A stretch of 13,909 nt of DNA from Octopus sinensis (taxonomy: Eukaryota): the NCBI RefSeq assembly GCF_006345805.1, contig NW_021826101.1:1-13909 (forward strand), written 5' to 3'. Under the pieces are notes generated by a model that had not been told where the DNA came from, searched no databases, and was given only the letters and a program-made list of their open reading frames with translations. A program made the translations under genes and the position numbers. Positions 7,911 through 13,909 of the stretch are shown here, one piece after another. Numbering within the stretch: position 1 is the stretch's first letter; each line of letters begins with the position of its first letter.

Positions 7911-8196
7911 TGCGTGTGTGTGTGTGTGTGTGTGAATGCGCGCACCTGTTTGTGCGTGAAAGTATATGTCCTTACTCTCGTTAAATAATTATAATTCAGT
8001 ATTAAATAATTAATTCAAATATAATCACAAATGTTTTCTTCGTCAGAATGAAAATTTCTATTATATGCTACGCATCATTTTGTATATTCCACCTTTATAT
8101 TTTCCGCGCGTGAGTGTATGTGTGTGCGTGTGTATATATGGTGTGTGTGTGTATGTGTGCGTGCGTGCGTGCGTGTGTGCGTGCGTGCGCGTGCGA

Positions 8197-8375
8197 ATTA
8201 TGTCCATGAGCAAGGTTTTTCAGTTTTCGTTTCTTCAGTTTACTCTACTGAAAAGGTTTACCAGCGAGAGATGGTGAAGTTCAGCCTGCGAAGGACTGGC
8301 GCCCTGTTCACTAGGATATCTATTCTGAGTCACTTCAACACCATTGCAAACTGGGAGACACTCCTGTCTAATGCG
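8197..8375 (+). mobile_element. Old headless CORE-type SINE remnant
   Basis: TGTCCATGAGCAAGG...CTTCAGTTTACTCTACTG...CCTGCGAAGGACTGGCGCCC aligns by eye to 10570-10660 (TTGAGCGAAACAC...CCAGTCCACTGAGCT...CCTGCAAAGGACCGG) and to CTGCGATGGAC at ~11920. Confidence 0.55.
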
Positions 8376-8648
8376 ACAAACTTTTACAATACTTTCATAT
8401 ATTTTTTCACGAAGTGAAAGAGCCAGACAAGTTTGCAGTGTCTAAAACTAGATTACAAATTTCTATAAATAATGGAAAACTCAAGTAGTAAGAATGATTT
8501 TTCCTCTTCTGTCCAACAATTACATTCTCTCAATAAATGTGGGAGAGTCAAGCGAAGTGCGAGCAACTTCATTTCCTAGAAAAACTGGTAGGGTGCTGGA
8601 ACATTCAAAGAATGGAGCACTACGTTTCTATGCTTTCAACAGCTCCGG

Positions 8649-8705
8649 ACACACACACACACACACACACACACAAGTAATGTAATGTAATATAATGTGT
8701 GTTTG

Positions 8706-8771
<66 letters not shown>
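8649..8771. repeat. (CA)n at 8649-8675 and long (TA)n at about 8712-8771
   Basis: Read directly from the sequence. Confidence 0.97.
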
Positions 8772-8774
<3 letters not shown>

Positions 8775-8784
8775 GTTAAAATTT

Positions 8785-8969
8785 ATAGGAAAACGAAAGA
8801 AACGAAGACGGTGTATGGACAACAAGCTGGTGTAATAGTTTGACGTTCGGGTAAGTGAGAAAGTTTTTTATGTTTCGAGCCTACGCTCTCAGCAGAAAGG
8901 AATAAGAGAAAATAAACAGAGAGAGAATAAAAAAAAACTTGTGGATTTAGCGATCAAGCATGACGATGC

Positions 8970-8970
<1 letters not shown>
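8785..8970 (-). mobile_element. Penelope-like pLTR / non-autonomous derivative, copy 2
   Basis: Homologous to 2028-2231, in the same orientation, and flanked by (TA)n on both sides. Confidence 0.7.
8865..8899 (-). ncRNA. Minimal hammerhead-ribozyme-like motif, copy 2
   Basis: Minus strand: CUUU CUGCUGA GAGC-GUAG-GCUC GAAAC AU A AAAA. The core differs from CUGAUGA at one position, stem II is intact, and the stem III palindrome is broken (ACAU). Confidence 0.5.
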
Positions 8971-8971
<1 letters not shown>

Positions 8972-9005
<34 letters not shown>

Positions 9006-9200
9006 ATATATATATTGTGCATGTATATGCATATATTTGTATATAAGTATGTATGCATATGTGTATGTTTGTGTGTATGTATGTGCATATTTATATGTAT
9101 ATGTATGCGCAAATATACACGCATAAATGTATATGTATGTGTGCCGTATGTGTATATTGCATGAAAGCCTATTTGTTTGTAAGTGTGAATATAAGTATAT
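8972..9200. repeat. (TA)n and decayed TATG/TG tract
   Basis: Read directly from the sequence. Confidence 0.9.
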
Positions 9201-9685
9201 ATGTTTATATTTTATGCGCAGTTGAAATAATTAGTTGAAAATGCGAAGATTAACATTGCTGAACTGCTCAAGTTTAGAAGGATCGAAAATTGCGTCACGT
9301 AAATTTTTCCTGAAGTTCTCAAGTTTTAACTTGAATCGTAATATAAAATCTATGACGCACTTATATTTTGTGCGTTTAATTATTCGATTCTATCGGCGGC
9401 TTGTTCTTATTTATGAGTATATGTTTTAATGTACCTCGTGTATTTTCGGTCACATACGGAAAATAGGTTTTCTTTCATTTTCGCACAATATAAAGTGAAA
9501 GACATTTATATACAGCTCCGTAGTCTTGTAGATGAAATAACGAATTATACATGAGTTTATATATACATAAACTCGAATTTAAAAAGGTAAAAGTAAGAGA
9601 TGAGATAGTGTATAAGGGGGAGGGATCCCATCCATGCAAGGCGGTTCTCTGGTGCGTGTTTTTAATTGTACGCTGCAAACAGTGA

Positions 9686-10040
9686 AAGGGAAGAGAGAAG
9701 GAACATAGGAAAGAAGAAAACACGGAGAAATATAAGACATAAAGTAGAGGAGCAGAAAGGAGAGAAAGAAAGAAGTGGAAGAAGAAGAAAAAAAAAGGAA
9801 GGAAAAGGAGGAAGAGGAAATGCGGGGAGGAGGAAGACAATGACGAAGACGACGACGACGAAGATGACGACAATGATGACGACGATGATAATGAAAGTGG
9901 TGGTGGTTGTGGTGGTGATGATGGTGAAGAGGGGGGGTAAAGGAAGAAGAGGAGGAGAAGGAGGAGGAGCAATTGAAGCAGATGATAAAGATGACGTTGC
10001 TGATCGATAGAAAAAAAAAAAAATGAAATGGAAGAAAAAA
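9686..10040. repeat. Purine-rich and trinucleotide (GAA/GAC/GAT/GGT/GGA) low-complexity block
   Basis: Read directly. It produces four overlapping homopolymer-rich ORFs at 9475-10161. Confidence 0.9.
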
Positions 10041-10486
10041 TCTTCGACACTTTTGTTTCTGTTTTGCCACACCCATAATGGTGGATTTGTTTCGCCCACG
10101 TAATAATAACATTTTCCCCTCTTTCAGGTAGAGAAAAGGGAGTAACTTTGTCACTTTTCACATTAAATAGACTGTAGTATATCCATCATTTCAAAGAAAA
10201 ATTTCTCGTTAATTACAACTTTCAGGGACGAAAAACACCTTTATTTTACTTAAGTTCCTGTACCGCTACGCGACCACGCTCCCTGTAAAGCGAACGAGAG
10301 ATAAGTTAGGAATAGAAACGGAGTTAGTTTACCGGTGATAAGTTTCGCTACATAAAGTAGTGGTCCCATTTAAACTTCTATAAATTTCACTTATCCAGAC
10401 GATTATGGTAGTGAAAAGTAAGTCATTCACTAAAACTCGAACTCTCTGTGTGTGTGTGTGTGTTGTGTTTAATATATATGTGTGTA

Positions 10487-10720
10487 GAAAGTGCATGGCT
10501 TAGTGGTTAAGATGTTGTACTCCTGATCGCAAGGTTATGGTTTCGATTCCTGGACGCGGTGATGCGTTTTTTCTTGAGCGAAACACTTCATTTCACGTCA
10601 CGCCAGTCCACTGAGCTAGCAAAAGTGAGTAATCCTGCAAAGGACCGGTGATCCGTCGAATGGGGTGGATATAGCCGCCATAGAATCCCGGGAATCTGTG
10701 CCACGTGAAGGGTCCTTCAT
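10487..10720 (+). mobile_element. tRNA-derived CORE-type SINE (family C, older copy)
   Basis: Pol III box A TGGCTTAGTGG (10496-10506) and box B GTTTCGATTCC (10540-10550), then a CORE-like TTGAGCGAAACACTTCATTTCACG...CCAGTCCACTGAGCT. The head is homologous to 11718-11790. Confidence 0.8.
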
Positions 10721-10759
10721 CCTTTTTTTATGTACATATGTATATATCGTGCCCTACCA

Positions 10760-10796
<37 letters not shown>

Positions 10797-10799
10797 TAT

Positions 10800-11028
10800 A
10801 TATTTCTTTACTGCCCACAAGGGGCTAAACATAGAGGGGACAACAAGGAGAGACAAACGGATTAAGTCGATTACATCGACCCCAGTGCGAAACTGGTACT
10901 TTATTTATTAACCCCGAAAGGATGAAAGGCAAAGTCGACCTCGGCGGAATTTGAACTCAGAACGTAACGACAGACGAAATACCGCTAAGCATTTCGCCCG
11001 GCGTGCTAACGTTTCTGCCAGCTCGCCG

Positions 11029-11029
<1 letters not shown>
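10800..11029 (-). mobile_element. tRNA-derived SINE family B, well preserved, inserted within (CA)n
   Basis: Minus strand: GCGGCGAGCTGGCAGAAACGTTAGC...B box GAGTTCAAATTCC...GAGGTCGACTTTGCCTTTCATCCTTTCGGGG...AAGTACCAG (Deu/Nin-like central domain, from recall), a GTCGA-TGTAA-TCGAC hairpin, and the tail GTGGGCAGTAAAGAAATA. Confidence 0.9.
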
Positions 11030-11068
<39 letters not shown>

Positions 11069-11089
11069 CATTTATATAACTACAACCGC

Positions 11090-11145
<56 letters not shown>

Positions 11146-11250
11146 TATCTATCTATCTATCAATATATCTAGCTAGCTAGCTAGGTATCTGCTTGTCTAC
11201 TTCTCTGTCTGTCCGAATGTATGTATGTATGTATGTATGTATGTATGTAT
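11029..11250. repeat. Compound (CA)n, (TA)n, (TCTA)n, (CTAG)n, (TATG)n array
   Basis: Read directly from the sequence. Confidence 0.95.
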
Positions 11251-11379
11251 ACAAAATAAGAACGATACAATATTGTATTTTGCCGGGTAAAAAATAAAAT
11301 AAAATATTTGCATTAGAAACTTTCTTATATTCTTTCTGTTCATTTCTGCTCGATAGCAATGGCTGTTATACAATATTTT

Positions 11380-11495
11380 CCATTCCACAGTACATTACCG
11401 GTACCCAATTTATCGATTCAGAAAAGTATGCAATATTTATCGATTTAGAAAAATATGCCTCATCGATAGTTAGATTCGAAATCAGAGCTTGTGAA
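11380..11495 (-). mobile_element. Old family B-related SINE fragment with an internal 27-bp tandem duplication
   Basis: CCACAGTACATTACCGGTACCCAATTTATCGATTCAGAAAAGTATG and AGATTCGAAATCAGAGC align by eye to 10880-10965 (CCCAGTGCGAAACTGGTAC...CCCCGAAAGGATG...GAATTTGAACTCAGAAC). The duplicated units are 11409-11435 and 11436-11462. Confidence 0.55.
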
Positions 11496-11717
11496 CTTCT
11501 CCATTTAATCTTATATTCCTTGACTGAAGTAAGGTGACTAGATACACAACTTTATTGAATAGTCTAAAGAATACTACTAGGAGTTACTTACGCATTTTAT
11601 CGACCCTTGATAGTAAGATATTGTATATGATAATATTGTATATAATAAAACATCCACTGATTTCACCTTTGACAGGCAGTTATACTTCGCATTTCGATAG
11701 GGTATGTAATATAAAGT

Positions 11718-12008
11718 GGAGGCGCCATGGCCCAGTGGTTAGGGCAGCGGACTCGCGGTCGGAGGATCGCGGTTTCGATTCCCAAACCGGGCGTTGTGTG
11801 TGTTTATTGAGCAAAAACACCTAAAGCTCCACGAGGCTCCGGCAGGGGGTGGTGCCGACCCCTGTTGTACTCTTTCCCCACAACTTTCTCTCACTCTTTC
11901 TTCCTGTTTCTTGAGTAACGCTGCGATGGACCACATACGCCATTGAAACAGAGAAACCGGGCCCATTAACCTGGCTAGGCTTGAAAAGGGCGCATAAATA
12001 AATAAAAA
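11718..12008 (+). mobile_element. tRNA-derived SINE family C, young-looking copy with A-rich tail and a probable target-site duplication
   Basis: Box A TGGCCCAGTGG (11728-11738), box B GTTTCGATTCC (11772-11782), and the tail GGGCGCATAAATAAATAAAAA. ATGTAATATAAA (11704-11715) matches ATGTAATAAAAA (12009-12020) at 11 of 12 positions. Confidence 0.9.
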
Positions 12009-12092
12009 ATGTAATAAAAAAATAATAAATTAGCGACAACAGAAGTGTAATATTTATTCCCATTTAAACGTGGATGATGTATAAAATCAAGC

Positions 12093-12508
12093 TTTACTCT
12101 CTCTTTTACTCTTTTAGTTGTTTCAGTCATTTGACTGCGGCCATGCTGGAGCATCGCCTTTAGTAGAGCAAATCGACCCCGGGACTTATTCTTTGTAAGC
12201 CTAGTACTTATTCTATTGGTCTCTTTTTGCTGAACCGCTAAGTGACGGTGACATAAACACACCAGCATTGGTTGTCAAGCAATGCTAGGGGGACAAACAC
12301 AGACACACAAACACACACATACGTATATATATATATACATATATACGACGGGCTTCTTTCAGTTTCCATCTACCAAATCCACTCACAAGGCTTTGGTCGG
12401 CCCGAGGCTATAGTAGAAAACACTTGCCCGAGATGCCACGCAGTGGGATTGAACCCGGAACCATGTAGTTTGTAAGCAAGCTACTTACCACACAGCCACT
12501 GCTGCGCC
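12093..12508 (-). mobile_element. tRNA-derived SINE family A, full length
   Basis: Minus strand: GGCGCAGCAGTGGCTGTGTGGTAAG (A box), GGTTCAATCCC (B box), AGCCTTGTGAGTGGATTTGGTAGATGGAAACTGAAAGAAGCCCGTCG (possibly a Meta-type domain, from recall), an internal TA/TG tract, a second module, and the LINE-type tail GCTCCAGCATGGCCGCAGTCAAATGACTGAAAC with AAAAGAGT repeats. Confidence 0.95.
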
Positions 12509-12727
12509 TTTTTACTGCGGTAGATATCATAAGAGAAACTCTCATATTTTTGGCTATTTGGCTTTCTTTTTCCGTTTTGGGGGTTTTTCTACAGTGTGAT
12601 GTTGTGACAGTCATTGCTTTCTCAAAAGCACTGTCAGTGTAAATGACGTGAGTTGAAGTATGAATCGAAACCAAACCGACCGACTCCGTCGTCTGAAGCT
12701 TTGGTTGCCGTCTTCGTATGCGCATGC

Positions 12728-12955
12728 TCAACACTCACACACATACACATACAAAGAGAGGTACACACATCCATTACACAAATATGCATAGCACTCACTC
12801 ATGCACACAACACATAAACATATACACAGACACAAACATACAATGAAGTAAACACACTGCACGTAGCCGTATACACATTGTCCACACACAGAGACGCAGA
12901 CATACACCGAAGCAAACACACACACACACACACATACACACACACACCACACACA

Positions 12956-12986
<31 letters not shown>

Positions 12987-13000
12987 GCACATACACATAC
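12728..13000. repeat. Decayed (CA)n/(CATA)n tract
   Basis: Read directly. It gives rise to the VCVC ORFs. Confidence 0.93.
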
Positions 13001-13299
13001 TCGCTTCTTCCCCAGTAACTATTTAATATCCACAACGGCATGTATTAATCTATTCGGTCCTTTCTGACATTGAAAAACTTTATTGCTTCCACTTTTGATA
13101 GAGAAGAAGTCGTGCGCGCGCGCAAACAAACACACACAAGCACGCACTCACGCCCGTACATAGAGACTTATGAAGATTCATTCTGTATTGTCGCATTAAT
13201 ATTTAATATCCTCATAAGCTCATTTTTATCTTCTTCCTATTCTGTTTCGATTATCAACTTATATTCCAGTGAAACTCTCTCTCTCTCACTCTCTTTCTG

Positions 13300-13462
13300 C
13301 ATGCATGCATACATACATACACACACATATCTATACATGTATGTAGACACACGCACCTATAAGTGTGTGTATACATATACATGAATGTATATATATATAT
13401 ATATGCATACATATAGATATGTATATGTATATATATACACGAATATATATACACGAATATAT

Positions 13463-13514
<52 letters not shown>

Positions 13515-13662
13515 ATGTAGGTAGATAAATGTTATGCATTTACATACATCATGTCATCATGTTTATATCTTTATAAATTATAATGTATACATGCATCTGT
13601 ATACATAATTATATATATATTATATATATATATATATATGTATGTATATATATATATGTCCA

Positions 13663-13745
<83 letters not shown>
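13300..13745. repeat. Compound (CATA)/(TA)n tracts and a (TCTA)n array at about 13663-13745
   Basis: Read directly from the sequence. Confidence 0.93.
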
Positions 13746-13746
<1 letters not shown>

Positions 13747-13909
13747 CATCCCATCTCGCTCGCTAGCAAGCTAGCTGCCTGGGAAGCTCTTCTACTCGTG
13801 TTCGGATTGTTAACTTTTATCTTCTGATTGACTATGTGTGAGGAAGCTAGTCATGTATTATACTCGTATATATATTTTTTTTTCTAACCTATAATCTGTT
13901 ATCAATCTC

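Noticed and set aside
8030-8050. Minus-strand CUGACGAAG...AAAACAU hammerhead-like core
   Set aside because: There is no stem II or stem I pairing and no surrounding pLTR homology.
9340-9580. Short hairpins (ACGCAC/GTGCGT, TATTTTC/GAAAATA, GAGTTTAT/ATAAACTC)
   Set aside because: Stems of 6-8 bp in AT-rich DNA are expected by chance, and there is no element context.
9475-10161. The longest ORFs (228, 191, 145 and 114 aa) with poly-Ser, poly-His, poly-Thr and poly-Leu runs
   Set aside because: They overlap in several frames on both strands and are translations of a purine-rich trinucleotide block, with no recognisable domain.
11718-11792. tRNA gene candidates (also 10487-10560, 10950-11029 and 12440-12508)
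   Set aside because: A and B boxes are present but there is no complete cloverleaf or acceptor stem, and each continues into a SINE body and tail.
1-13909. CRISPR array, prokaryotic operon or defence system
   Set aside because: There is no repeat-spacer periodicity and no gene-dense coding DNA. All tandem repeats are 1-6 bp units typical of an animal genome.

Overview
AT-rich, microsatellite-dense, non-genic (intergenic or intronic) animal DNA. The SINE and pLTR sequences match, from recall, families of coleoid cephalopods, most likely Octopus. No intact host CDS, tRNA, rRNA or prokaryotic feature is supported, and all long ORFs in the supplied track are translations of simple repeats. The window is a retroelement graveyard: a CR1/L2-type LINE 3' end (1-215, minus); two diverged R4/Dong-clade LINE fragments (3845-4122 and 4321-5140, plus), the second retaining the restriction-like endonuclease (RLE) domain, both abutting (CATA)n arrays; an RTE-type LINE 3' end with three decayed C2H2 zinc fingers (5215-5566, minus) lying tail-to-tail with the Dong copy; two ~200-bp Penelope-like pLTR copies, each with a minimal hammerhead-ribozyme-like motif; about eight tRNA-derived SINE copies or fragments from three families; and a probable Helentron-type non-autonomous fragment. 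The best leads are the possible (TACA)n-targeting Dong retrotransposons and the variant-core hammerhead motifs. All protein assignments come from manual translation across frameshifts and recalled consensus motifs, not database searches.
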